From NCBI GenBank assembly GCA_030324005.1, contig JARDVH010000124.1, positions 19,961,292-20,025,291 on the forward strand: a stretch of 64,000 bases of DNA, in the 5' to 3' direction. Below the pieces are notes generated by a model. The model did not search any database and was not told where the DNA came from. It worked only from the letters and a program-made list of their open reading frames with translations. This DNA is from Negaprion brevirostris (taxonomy: Eukaryota). Position numbers and translations under genes: made by a program. This document shows, piece by piece, positions 37,350 to 50,250 of this stretch; position 1 is the first letter of the stretch, and the number at the start of each line of letters is the position of its first letter.

Positions 37350-38189
37350 GGGGTGATCTTACCAAAAAAAGGTCTAAGTCCTGGACGAGCGTGAAAATGG
37401 GAGAGTTTCAGATCCGTTTGATCAGTGAAGTCACATGTCCAATCTTATGCCACTCTGTGCAATAAATCTTTCTAAATGTTTCCCACCAACAGGGGAAGGG
37501 CCCAAGGCTTAAGCTCACCAGAAACCCGGCTGCTGACAGCAGAGTAACAATTGTTCATTGGCAGATCTCTCTGTTCTGTGCAGGAGAGAGATCTGTCACT
37601 GCTTCCCCATCACNNNNNNNNNNNNNNNNNNNNNNNNNNNNNNNNNNNNNNNNNNNNNNNNNNNNNNNNNNNNNNNNNNNNNNNNNNNNNNNNNNNNNNN
37701 NNNNNNNNNNNNNNNNNNNNNNNNNNNNNNNNNNNNNNNNNNNNNNNNNNNNNNNNNNNNNNNNNNNNNNNNNNNNNNNNNNNNNNGTTGCCTTCAAGCC
37801 CTAATCCCTGGTGCTGCCAGTGCCAGTGTGTCAGGCTGGCAGTGATAGGATGCTCTATGGGCACTGCCAGGATACCAGGCTGGCACTGCTCAAGGGGCAT
37901 CCCTCTGCCACTGATCTCCCAGGTGCCTCAATAGCCTCTGGTCCTACTGGCAAGATTATCACAACAGGTCTCAATGACAGGGAACATACATGATCCTCAC
38001 CTGTGAGGACCCTCAAAAGCAAGTGATCACAGATGATAGCGGCCCAGGATCAGTAATAATATTTAAGTTCTGTTTCAAATCTCGCCAGATATCCAGACCA
38101 GTAGGATCGCAAAAGGTGAAAAAATTTGTTGCAGATTTACCGGATCAGCCCACCCATGGACTGGCAGCACGAGACAGTAAGATCACCCC
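37350..38189. mobile_element. Non-autonomous DNA transposon (PIF/Harbinger-like) with perfect 13-bp TIRs
   Basis: GGGGTGATCTTAC (37350-37362) and GTAAGATCACCCC (38177-38189); internal GGCACTGCC/TGCCAG motifs; sits within the CR1. Confidence 0.85.
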
Positions 38190-38882
38190 CATCAGTCTTC
38201 TGATTCTCGCTGAGATTCCCCCCACCATCCCCTCCCCATCTGAATTCCCTCTCAGGATCCCACAAAGTTAGTTTAAACCTTCCCCAACATCACTAACAAA
38301 CTTCCCTGCAAGAGCATTGGTTCCCTTTTGGTTCAGATGCAACCCATCCGCCTTATATAGGTCCCACAGTCCCCAAAAATGACCACAATGTTCCATAAAT
38401 CTAAATTCCTCCCTCCTACACCATCTCTCCAGTTATGCATTCATCTACAGCAACCTCCTATTGCTACAATCACTTGCACTTAACACCAGAAGTAATACAG
38501 AAATTACTATCTTCTGGGTACTGTTTTTTAATCTACTTCCTAGCTCCCCAAATTCTTATTGTTGGACTTCATCTCTTTCCCAACTGATATCGTTGGTGCC
38601 AATACATACCATGATAGCTGTCTCTTATCCCTCCCCACTTCAGAAGTTGAGCAGCCACTGCTTTCGCCTGCACGGTCATCTCCCCCAACAGTATCCACAG
38701 TGGTATGTGTGTTGGAAAGGGGAATGGCCACAGGGGACTCCTGCAGTACCAGTCTTCCTCCACTCTGTCTGGTGATCATCCATGTCCTTTCTGCCTGTTC
38801 AGTCTTCACCTTTGGTGTGACCACCTCACTGAACTTGTTATCCCCAATTTTCTCAGTACTCCACAATGAATACTCCCTCAGC

Positions 38883-39222
38883 AGGGGAGGTGATGGCCTA
38901 ATGGTATTGTCGCTAGACTATTAATCCAGAAACTCAGTTAATGTTCTGGGGACTTACTTTCAAATCCTGCCACAGCAGATGGTGGAATTTGAATTTAATT
39001 AAAAATTCTGAAATTAAGTGTCTTTTGATGACCACAAAACCACTGTCAATTGTTGGAAAAACCCATCTGGTTCACTAGGGAAGGAAATCTGCTGTCCTTA
39101 CCTGGGCTGGCCTACATACGAGTCCAGGTCCACAGCAATGTGGCTGACTCTCAGGCAACTAATAATGGGCAATAAATGCTGACCAGCCAGCAACACTCAT
39201 GTCCCACAAATGAATAAAACAA
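38883..39222 (+). mobile_element. tRNA-head SINE (same family as 9624-9970) inserted in CR1 ORF1
   Basis: GGGGAGGTGATGGCCTAATGG head...GGGCAATAAATGCTG..CCCACAAATGAATAAAA. Confidence 0.85.
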
Positions 39223-39644
39223 AAGCTCCAGCTCCAAATTGCAGTCATCCAGTAGCTGCTGCTGGACACAATTCCTGCACTCATGGTTACCAGGGACAAC
39301 TGAAGGTTCCATGATTTGCCACATAGCGCAGGAGGAATATGTCACAGGTGCAAGGTCTGCCATGACTACCCTTAAATCACTTGTTTACTCCCTTTTTTAA
39401 CAAAACATTATGCTTTTATAAGAATACTTACCTCAATTACACCAATTTAATTCCCTGACCCTACTTTACCTACTTACAATTTATTATAAGTGACTTTCAC
39501 TTATTTGTGTTGTTTCTCAGTTAATTCTTTCTGCCAAAAAAAACTTTTCAAAATCACGACGGCTTCTCTGCAACACTGACTGCGAGGACACCATTCTCAG
39601 ACCCCTTTATTGTGATGTTCACTGTGAGGACACCATTCTCAGAC

Positions 39645-42090
39645 CTGATATCTACTTTACAACATACTTTCCTACCTATCTTTGCATCTTCTGCAAAATT
39701 AGCTATCATGTCTTCGCCACCCTCAGCTAAATCAGTGATAGAAAATGTAAAAGGGTGAGGCCCCAGCAGAGACTCTTGTGAAACTCCACTGATGAACTCT
39801 ACTCGTTATACCCTAAAAGTGAGAAGAATAACCATACATCATACCCTCTGTCTTCTACCAGCCAGCTAATTTTCTATCCAAGCTAATATATTACCTCCTA
39901 CAGTGTAAGCTTTTATTTTCAGTAATAAACTTCAATATGTGGTGTGACAATCATGCTTCTTGAGCAGGATTTATTTCAACAGTTTTTTTTATTACTGGTG
40001 CCACTGGGTCTGTGTTCGACAGCCCTGTATTGTTACTGTAGCAAAATAATTGATCCTAATTGCTAGAATGTTTGTTTTAATTTCGACGAATGCTGTCCAT
40101 TATTTTAGTGTTCCCCTGGGGTTTGCAGAGGACTTGATTAGGTTAATTGATAAGAAAAAAGGTGACTGGGTTGGGCAAAACTTACATAGAGAAATCAAGG
40201 GCAGTCTGTTGCTTTGGAATTTTAGACAGAGGTCACGTTCTGTGTGCCTCTTTATCCCACTGGAGTTGGAGACTGGAACCTGCCAGGAGATAAGTCTCGT
40301 TCTCTGAAATTCTGCTATTTCTCTGGAAGTGCTTGTACGAGGGTCAGAGGACAAGTGTCTGTCTCGATCTCCGTCCAGAGGTGTTAAAAGGTTTGGACCT
40401 CGAGCATCCACATGAGTAAATCTGTTTTCGGTGTTAACTGGATCTGAAGAGAGGATTTGTGACTATGAGATGCTGCTTGTATTGGAACGATACAGGTAGC
40501 TTGATGTTAAGTACTATAACTGGTCATGTTCAAGTGTTTAAATTGGGAAAAGTTATGCTCATTTGTTTTATTATATTCTGTGTTTGTAAATAAAGTTTGT
40601 TTTGATAAAAGGTTCCAAGTGGAATACTTTAATCATACATCGAGTGGAATACCTTGTGCTCACCCTAATGCCAAAATCAAAAGGAAAAGTTAAGGTCTAG
40701 AGTAACTTCATACTATACCTTGGAGTTTCTGATTTGATGCCTAACTTTCTCAAACGTTTTCATTCATCCAAGTACAGTTTGCCTATAGATTCCTTATAAT
40801 CCACAGATTTGTTACTTCTTCAAATAATTCTAATAAATGGTTAAACATGATTTCCCTTTGACAAAAAACATTACTACCCTGAGTTTGCCAAATGACCAGT
40901 TAGCAGTTTTCCAATGATTGACTCTGACATCTTCCCCACAATCAATGATAAGCTAACTGGCCTATAGTTTCTTTTTGTTTTGTTTCCTTACCTCTTGTAT
41001 GAGGAGATTATATTTGCTACTTCCCAATCAGATGGAACCTTTCCAAAATCTTGTGAATTTTGGAAAATTAGCACCAAAACAATGGTGACCTCATTAGCCA
41101 CTCTTGTAAGATTCCAGGATAAAAGCTATCTGGACCTGGAGACTTAACAGCCCACACACAGCTCCATCAGTTTGCTCAGTACCGCTTCCCTACTGATTAT
41201 AATTTCACCAAATTCCTCTCTTTTTTCCGCCTCCTAATTTATAGCTATTGATGCAATGTTGTTTATATCCTCTGTCATAAAGACAGTAGAAAATTATATG
41301 TTCATTTGATCTATTCTTTATCATGGAATCACACAGGGCAGAAAAGACCCTTCGGACTCTCGAATCTGCACCGACATGTGAGAAATACCTATATCTCCTT
41401 ATGACTGACACTTTAGCTGCTCCTTATCCACTCTGTCCATGTCCTCATAATCTTGTACACCTCGACCAGGTCACTCTCAGTCTTCTCTTCTCTAACAAAA
41501 ACAACACAAGCCTATCCAATCTCTCTTCATAACTTAAATGTTCCATCCCAGACAGCATCCTGGTGAACCTCCTCTGCACCCACTCCAGTGCAAGCCCATG
41601 CTTATTATCTCCTATTAACTATTATCCCCTATCAACTCCCCATTCTCATTCTTTAAGAGGACCAACACTCACTTCACCTATTCTGTTCTGATTTACTTGA
41701 GGTCAATAATTAATCCTGTCACATTGCACAATGCCAGGTGTAATAAACCTGCTCTTTGCTTGGTACCAGAATGTGCTGCTCTAAGAAACTATCCAGAAAA
41801 CATTCCACAAAGTTCTCAGCCAGTCTACTACTGTCAACCTGACTTTTCCAGTTTATATGTAGATTAAAGTCATCCATGATTATTGCTATCCCTTCATGAC
41901 AAGCAACCAATATTTTTCGTGGTTACTGTTAGAGGGCCCGTGGACCCTCTCCCATCAGTGACTTCTTTCTTCTACTATTCTTCATCTCCACCCAAACCCA
42001 TTTTATACCCTGATCTCCTGAACCAAGGTCAACTCCAATTACCACAATGATTCATTACTAACATTGATATCCCTTCTATCTTTACCTAGT
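39645..42090 (-). mobile_element. Second decayed CR1 ORF2, interrupted by an LTR and a CR1 tail (41321-41600)
   Basis: RT motif (rc of ATCTTCTGCAAA = FAED) at ~39690; endonuclease IMDDFNLHINW..FVECFLDSFLEQH at 41719-41910. Confidence 0.75.
39943..40746 (+). mobile_element. Solo LTR (Gypsy-like)
   Basis: TGTGACA start, CCTAAC(T) end, AATAAA at ~40589; splits CR1 RT sequence; homologous to 2430-2960. Confidence 0.7.
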
Positions 42091-43674
42091 ATTCAAGTCT
42101 TATTATTCCTGTTCAGTTGGAATTGTAACTTTTATTTCAAAGGGAGGTTAATACATGTCTGTTTAGATGTGTCCTTGGCTGCCTCCCAAAAGTTGGTTAC
42201 TTAAGTATCCAATAAGCAGAGAAGAGGAGAATTGCTGTTCTCCATACATTTAAGATTAGAAAGCTACAAAAATCATAGAACTTCTTCTAATCTGTTCCCA
42301 CAGTGCTGCTATAAATTCATTTGAAGAAACCCTATGTTCAAACATAGGTCCAGAGCATGACCTGAGCCGAGGTCGACACTGCATTCAGTTAACAAACTAA
42401 CGTGATGCAAGACTAATACAAAAGGAAGTCTCATCCTCTTTTACTGCAAGATTGGACGTTGGAACTAGATATCTAGTTCTATCATTTTTGTTGCGAATGG
42501 AATTGGAAAGAAACGAGATAGCCTGCAAAAATGTTTATCTTGTATTCAACATGGAAAAAGGTGCCAAAGCAGAAGTTTTGGTTCTGCTTTATCTTAAGTT
42601 AAGTTGATCATCTGGACTGCAAGGTCTGTTTTTTTTTGTCTGTTCCGTAGTAATTAGATAATAACAGGGTTTAGTTTGTTGTGCAATGTCTATGCCTAAG
42701 TCAGCACATTTTAATGTCTTTCCACAGAGTCCATTTTGTACCAGGTNNNNNNNNNNNNNNNNNNNNNNNNNNNNNNNNNNNNNNNNNNNNNNNNNNNNNN
42801 NNNNNNNNNNNNNNNNNNNNNNNNNNNNNNNNNNNNNNNNNNNNNNCTCTGCACCGTCGCCTGCTGCAGTTTTTCGCCATGTAAGTAATAGTCCTTCCTA
42901 CCATTATTCCTACCAAAGTGGACAACTTCACATTTGCTATCCCTTTACGACAAGCACCCAATATTTTGTTGTATGTTCTGTCCTACATCGTGGTTACTGT
43001 TAGGGGACCCGTAGACCCTCTCCCATTAGTGACTTCTTTCCTCTACTATTGCTCATCTCCACCAAACCCATTTTATATCCTGATCTCCTAAACCAATGTC
43101 AACTCCAATTACCACAAAGATTCATTCCTAACAGTGCTATCCCTTCCACCTTTACCTATCATTCAATGCCTATTATGGTTACATTCCTGTTCAGCTGGAG
43201 TTGTAACTGTTATATTTAAAGAGAGCTTAATACACGTCTGTATAGATGTGTCCTTAGTTGCCTCCCAAAAGTAGGTTACTTAAATATCTAATGAGCAGAT
43301 GAGAATTGCTGTCCTCCATACATTTAAGATTAGAAAGCTACACGAAAATCATAGAACTTCTTCTAATCTGTTCCCACAGTGCTGCAATAAATTCATTTGA
43401 AGAAACCCTGTTAACTTCTACAAAGTGTTCAAACATAGGTCCAGAGCATGACCTGAGCCAAGGTTGACACTGCATTCAGTTAACAAACCAACATGATCCA
43501 AGACTAACGCGATAGGAAATCTCATCCTCTTTTATTGCGAGGTTGGACCTTAGATCTAGATATGTCACTGCATAATTCTGTCTTTTTGTTGCGAATGGAA
43601 TTGGAAAGAAACAAGATAGCCTGCAAAAATGTTTGTCTTGTATTCAACATGGAAAAAGGTGCCAAAGCAGAAGT
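41883..43674. repeat. Direct duplication of ~0.7 kb (41883-42576 and 42934-43674)
   Basis: Colinear from TTGCTATCCC to GGTGCCAAAGCAGAAGT, with scattered substitutions and several indels. Confidence 0.95.
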
Positions 43675-43814
43675 ATCAGGTTCCAATTCTCAGAAGTTAG
43701 TGTAATCATCCAACAGCTGTCGACAGTAGTAAGTTTTGAAAGATAAGGAAACTTAATCAATGGGGAAAGGATTTAGAAAAAGAATTCTATCGGGAAAACT
43801 ATATCTCCACAAAC

Positions 43815-43952
43815 AGCCCTGGCAAAGGGTTATCCAGACTCAAAACATCAGCTCCATTGTATCCCCACAGATTCTATCAGACCTGCTGAGATTTTCCAAC
43901 ATTTTCTGTTTTTGCTTCAGATTTCAGCATCAGCAGTATTATGCTTTTATCT
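43815..43952 (+). mobile_element. Penelope-like 3' terminal fragment
   Basis: CTGGCAAAGGGTTATCCAGACTCAAAAC (decayed CTGAnGA..GAAAC) ... CCACAGAT..AGACCTGCTGAG..TTTCTGTTTTTG..CAGATTTC. Confidence 0.7.
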
Positions 43953-45739
43953 TCACAAACAGTGTTTTTTTAAAAAAATATGAAAAGACATTGTATTATT
44001 TGGATTTTTATAAAAAAGAATGAGCATAGGTTCATCTTTTGACTGGGAGGAAGCCTTTTTTTTCCAAGAAATTGCCTAACCAGCAAGTTACTTGAGGGGT
44101 AATGAATTATGTGCTTGTTTGCACTGCAATTACTTTAATTGGTAGGAAAAATTGGTAAAAGCAAACAGTAGTGATTTATTGGAACCAGATGACAGAGGAG
44201 CTTAGTTTTGGTTCTATTTCTTTGAACTCTGTGCGCTTTGGGAAATAAGCGGAGAAGGAAGCCTCTTTCCACCCATGCCTGGAATTCTGTGCGTAGTTAC
44301 CAATCTGCAGCCAGAGAATCCTCATCTGGATATTTAACTCGTCTGCATTTGGGAACCTGAAAGACTGAGATGAGGAGAATTGATCCAAGTCTATGTTTCC
44401 TACCATGCTGAAGCTCTGTTGGTGAGAACTTCCAAACATATACTATGACCAGTGGCCCATTTTTACACACAGAGCTTCAGATTGACAGCATCAAAACATT
44501 GCAATCTTTAATCTTTATTTTATAAAGCCTATTCCTCCAAAGCCCATCTCTGCAGAGACTCTTATCTGGCCATTTTGCCAATACATTAAACTTTTAAACT
44601 AATGGTGTATCCTGCAGAGTTGTGAAGCTAGATAAATAATGTACTCCTCATATCCTAGTTTTAACAATTCTCAAGTTCAGGACACATGCTAGATCAGCAG
44701 TGAAGCAATCACACAGTAGTCCTGACACAAATAAGGGGCGGATGTGAGGTGGGACATTGGATTGGAGAACAGTGGAAAGGAAAGATGTGAGGACATGGAA
44801 ATAACTGTAGAGAGGTAAAGGTTTTAAAATTAATAGAATCAGAAAATGAAAGTCCATGGATCTTTCCAGTATTCTCCTCACCAATCTTCCACATTCACCC
44901 TATGGAGAATTGAACAAATCCAGAATTCCTACTGCAATCACATCCTATCCTGTACTTTTTTTTGCTCAATGTTACAGACAGGAAAAGGCTCAATTCAAAT
45001 AGCATAAATTTTCCTTTCACCACAGATCCATAAGCATAAGGATGTTTTGATTTGTTTTCCATTTTATAAGCAGTGGCGTATTTCACGACCCCTTGGTTTT
45101 TGTGACATCAAATTTTCTACAATAATCTCTTTGAAGTTGGGCTGTAGATTACACAGGTGTTTGTTTGTAGCTCCTCAGAGATGACTAGGTGTGATTTCTC
45201 ATGGAACTGTCAAGCAGCTTCTTTTGTTCAGGGGTCAGCCATTTTAAAGGTCTTGGTTCAGTTTTAAAATTTGAAAAATAGCAATACACTTATCTATATA
45301 TTGTTCATAAAAAAAAACGTGAGGTCTTGGTCCCTCACATCACCAATCAGCCCACATGTACTGCAGAAATGGACAAGAGACACTTAAGAGAACGGAAGGA
45401 CAAATATAGAATTTTTTTGATCAATTTAAGATTGAACATGGTAGCGCCTTACCCAGTACTAGCAAGGCACTCAAAATTTCACTGTGCAATAGATAATAAG
45501 CACAAGGAAATAGGAGGCCATTCAGCCCTTGAAACCTGGTCCACGATATAAGATCGTCCATCTCAACCCAGCCCTTCCTGCGTCACTATATCCCTCAAAT
45601 GCTTTAGTAACTATATATATATCCATCTCTGGATTCAGCAGAGTTCAGGTAATTGAAAGTCAGGATTACATTATCTCATGAAAAAAACAGATGAGAAGCT
45701 TGATGTTTCATTCAGAGACATGTTGGACACCAGGGTCAT

Positions 45740-45925
45740 ATGCAAAATAACAATTATCTGGTTCAACATTGTTGCTTGTAGGACCTTATTGCACGTAAGT
45801 TGGCTGCTGCATTTCTTATGGCTCATCAGTGACAATGCAGCAAATGTACTTCATCAGATTTAAAGTGCTTTGAGATGCCCCAAGGTCATGAAAGGCACTA
45901 TACAAATGCAAGTATTTCATTTTCA
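45740..45925 (+). mobile_element. DeuSINE (SacSINE1-like) 3' remnant
   Basis: TTGGCTGCTGCATTTC...TAAAGTGCTTTGAGA...GAAAGGCACTATACAAATGCAAG tail. Confidence 0.6.
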
Positions 45926-47019
45926 CTTCATGGGAAGTGAATAGTAGGGAAGAGAGACAAAACAGTGCTGAAGGGTTTCATTAATATTTAACTAGAAGAC
46001 ATTCCAACTCACTCTCAACTTAATGTTGATAGACAGAGAAGCACTCAACACTAAATAGCAAAGCATGTATATTGTGAAACTGTATCAAGCATTATTTATC
46101 CTGCACATAAGTCTCGCTTATTCTAGTTTATGTCTTTTACTATACTCATCCTGCAACACACAAAAAAAGGCACAATGTAAATATGATTTGTACCTGCTCA
46201 CTATGCTTGATTGCACTTTGCAAATAACCAAGTGCAAAACGAAGACTAAATGATTATTTTGAATATTATTTTACACAGGATGTTCACTGGAAACTGTTTA
46301 AATTATGCACAATATGTCTGGATATCATCTCTCAACTAAGCATGAAATGACTATAAATGGTTTTGAAGTCTCAATTTAACTTCATTAAACTGAGACAAAA
46401 TATTGCCATTTGATTCATGTACCTTGCTATGGACTAGGTTCAAATACATGAAACAGAGTCACTGCATTATCAAAGGCATTCAATTTAATCATGGCTATCT
46501 GGAGAGTAAATAAGTAACTTGGTATTCTGAAATCTAATAAAAACCCATTAAATGGGGCTTGCTGGGTTACAAAATACAACTCAGCTCTATAAAAATTCAT
46601 TTTATCAGCATGATTTACCCAGGAAGCAGAAGAGAGTTTCACATCAATCGATGCTAGCACTGAAAGACTGCACTGAATGGGAAATGTACCGTTGTCACTA
46701 ATGTCTAAATGCATAACAGGAAACATGGAGCCCTACAATTTACTTCAGCTGATTTGCAGAAACCATTTATTCCCCCATTTTAAAATGCATGCACTAGCAT
46801 GCATCATTCATGCTGAGGATTAAGTTGTCACATTAGCAATTGAAACAACTGTGTCAATTTAAGGTGACTCGGCAAAACCACCATGTTGTTGGAAGAACTC
46901 AGCATCTCGGTGCCTTTTTATATTTACCTTCTCTTCAGATGTGAACTGACAATTCTCACTTGCTCATCGTAAACTTTCATTTGGAAGGACGCTTCATGAA
47001 ATAAACTTTAATTTGGAAG

Positions 47020-47835
47020 GCATGGGTTAATCAAAGAGAACCTTTTATAAGATCATTGGTTGGCCTCAGGTACAGTATAGTGAATACATTTTTGGCACCA
47101 CGCTTCAAGTGAGTGAGGCATGGAGCAAGTGGTGAGCACTGCTGCCTCACAGCGCCAGAGACTTGGGTTTAATTAAAGCCTTGGGTGACTGTGTGGAGTT
47201 TGCACGTTCTCTCAATGTCTGCGCGGGTTTCTTCCTGGTGATCCAGTTTCCTCCCATATGCCGAAGATGTGCAGATTAGGTTGATCAGCCTGGCTAAACT
47301 GTCCCTTAGTGTCGGGGGATTAGCAGGTTAAATACATGGGGTTACGGGTTGTGGGTGTAGGCTCGATGGGCCGAATGGCTACCTTCTGCAATGTAGACAT
47401 TCTTTGATTCTATTCTATTCAAGATGTAAAGGCCTCATAAAAGTTACAGACACGGAGGAGATTTAGCTGGATGTTACCAAATATGAGGAAGTTGGAAAAA
47501 TTAGAATTTATGTCCTTAGAATAGTTAAAGACATGACCTAGGGAAAACTATTACTCCCTGCAAGGGTTATTAATCAGTGGTCATGGATTCAAAAATCATA
47601 CAAGGATCGAGGGGAAAGATGAGAATATTTTGGGGTTTGGAATGCTCTACTTTAAAAGACAGCGAAAGCAGATTTTATAAGTAATTTTAAAAAGGAATTG
47701 GATCAGTACTTGAGGATAAGGACAGGGTTACTGTCATAAAATAGGGATTTGGGTCTAAGCAGACTGCTTTTTCAAAGAGCTAGCACAGGCATGACAGGCC
47801 AAATGGCCTTCTTCCAATGGTGTAAGTGTCCATGA
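47020..47835 (+). mobile_element. CR1 3' part interrupted by a V-SINE
   Basis: LYKIIGWPQVQY/FLAPRFK before 47110; resumes AAGATGTAAAGGCC at ~47420; CR1 tail at 47780-47835. Confidence 0.7.
47117..47420 (+). mobile_element. Full-length V-SINE (HE1-like)
   Basis: Head GTGGTGAGCACTGCTGCCTCACAGCGCCAG, V-domain, tail (ATTCT)n. Confidence 0.9.
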
Positions 47836-48551
47836 TTCTTCACAAAACATTCAAATTTTAGATCCTAATGCTTTCCAAACTATAACAATGACTTCTAGGG
47901 AGGCAGTGGCACAGTAGTACTATCGCTGCACCAGTAATCCTGAGACCCAAGGTAATGCTCTGGGGTCCCGGGTTTGAATCCTAACACTATCAATAAAAAT
48001 GCACCATTGTTGGTGATCAAAAATCCTATCTAATTCACTCACGTTGTTTAGGGAAGGAAACCTGCCGCCTTTACCTGGTCTGGCTTGCACATGACTCCAG
48101 ATCACATAGCAATGTGTTTGACACTGAAACAGCCTAGCACTCAGTGGTATTCAACTACTACAAAGATAGCAAAAAGGAATGAAACCAGTTAGAACACCCA
48201 ACATTGACTTAGGTGCCAAAAACAACAGCAAACTCAGCCCTGTTCAGCCCCTTATTCATGGAATTATTGTCATGGGCATACTCATGGAATCATACATTAT
48301 ATCAGCATTCTTGGGTATACCCAATTGAGGTGGTGACACAGTGGTGTACCATCAGAAGTGAGATGCCCTGGGAGTTCACAACATTTATTTTCATAGCATC
48401 AGGTTAAACATAGGCATGGAAACTTTCTGCAGACCACCATGTACTGTCCCGCCTCAGCTGATGAATTAGTAATCCTCCAGGAGAACATCACCTGAAGGAA
48501 GCACAGAGTGGCAAAAGCACAGAATGTACTGTTCAATGCCAGCTGATGTTA

Positions 48552-48895
48552 TGGGCACAATGGTTNNNNNNNNNNNNNNNNNNNNNNNNNNNNNNNNNNN
48601 NNNNNNNNNNNNNNNNNNNNNNNNNNNNNNNNNNNNNNNNNNNNNNNNNNNNNNNNNNNNNNNNNATGTGGAGTTTGCACCTACTCCCTGTGCCTGTGTG
48701 GGTTTCCTCCGGGTGCTCCGCCTTCCTCCTACACTCCAAAGATGTGCGGGTTCGGCAGATGGGCATGCTAAATTGCCCCTTGCCAGGGGGATTAGCAGAG
48801 TAAATACGTTGAGTTACAGGCATAGGGGCTGGGTGGAATTGCGGTCGACACAGACTTATTAGGTCAAATGGCCTCATTTTGCACTGCAGGGATTA
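48552..48895 (+). mobile_element. V-SINE (contains a gap)
   Basis: GTGGAGTTTGCAC..GTGGGTTTCCTCCGGGTGCTCCG..CATGCTAAATTGCCCCT. Confidence 0.85.
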
Positions 48896-49058
48896 AATCA
48901 CAAAGAACAACACAGCACGGGAAACAGGCCCTTTGGCCCAACGAGCCCGCACCGCCATTTTAACATCGAGAGTTCCTTCTTCCACCCATGACCTTTGTCG
49001 ACGCTTATGCACTCTACATTGGAAACCAGATTGAGGGCAGACTAATTTAGGGACTATT

Positions 49059-50250
49059 TGTTACGCCAATCAGACTAAGACCACATCTTTGGGGTGTGGG
49101 ATTCTATGATACTAAGTCATAGGACTGGCAATTAGCTTTTTACAAAAGAATAAAACCTTTTATTCAACACAAAAAGATGAACTATAATAGTCCATCACTC
49201 CAGCTACATCGTCACAAATGTGCATAAATTTTTGAGACCAGCACAAATTACAGAATAGATCTTATACTGTGTTGTTCTTGCTAAGTACACAGGCCCTATT
49301 AGCCAACATTAGTCAACTGTGGTCAGACATACCTACCATGAATCCAAGTTACAGATGCCATCTAATACAAGTCCTATGGATTTCTCATCAAATCCTCCAC
49401 ACTGAGTATTACAGTGAGCCAAGTGATCTCTCTCTGGAATTCTGGATTCCACATGGAAGCCATTCTCAAAATGACACACCTTAAAATATTCTGCCAAATA
49501 ACTCTTTCTCTCAGAAACTTCCACATGGACCCACTTCCAGGATTTTAATCTCTCCTTTCAGTAATCTTCTGCCTTGAATTGCCACTTACATTCAAGCTTC
49601 CACACAACCTCAGAGGCACCCAGCCATGCCAACATAACACCACTCTTCACAGGCAGTATTAACGTCACCAACTTTAGGAATACTTCAGATATTTGGCTTC
49701 TCACTAGCCGACTTCAGTAGGTCTGCACCTTTCAGCTCTATCTGTAATTGGAGCATCTCACTGCCTCTTTCTTTAACTTCAGCGAATAGTACCTTGTGTA
49801 ATTTCCAGTTCTTGGGATTTTCATTGCCTCGCTTCTAGAATTATCTGTTCTTTAGCTTTTGGGACTTGCTTTTTTGTTCTTACCCCATTGTCCTACCTCT
49901 TCTTTTGAGAGTTTCTGAGAGAGAGGCTTCCACTCCAGCTACCCAGTTCCAACTATTATTGAGCCCAGCTTAAAACTAAAAATATTTCAAAAAAAAGTTC
50001 TAACCTAAAGTGACTTCTGGTTGCTGGGCAACAGCCAAGTCTCGCTTTAATGCCTACTTCCTTTCATGTTGTAAACCCTCTAATCAAAACGTCGGCACAG
50101 TTTGAAATGAAACCAAAACTCCATACGTGAAAGCACTTCTGTTTAACATAAATTTGTTTAAAGTATTTCTTACATAGAAACACATAATTAAACTCGTTAA
50201 ATCTATACCCTGTTTCAAATACCCAAAATACAAATATAGATCAGTTAACA
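49059..50250 (-). mobile_element. Solo LTR, 1192 bp, TG...CA ends, near-perfect 5-bp TSD
   Basis: TGTTACG start and GTTAACA end; flanks CTATT (49054-49058) and CTATC (50251-50255); minus-strand AATAAA at ~49160. Confidence 0.8.

Larger units (their letters stand above)
33765..39430 (-). mobile_element. Old, near-full-length CR1 LINE (ORF1, ORF2 and tail), broken by later insertions
   Basis: In minus-strand order: ORF1 N-terminus (SSCAMWQ..VPGNHECRNC..QLL..LELE, 39225-39363), QESPVAIPLSN (38540-38866), endonuclease start (NARSLMNKADE, ~37270), RT pieces (35390-35940, MHLGRTNK), tail ~33770. Confidence 0.8.

Noticed and set aside
44176-44439. 87-aa minus-strand ORF in unique sequence
   Set aside because: No recognisable domain, non-ATG start and no convincing splice sites; the length is compatible with chance.
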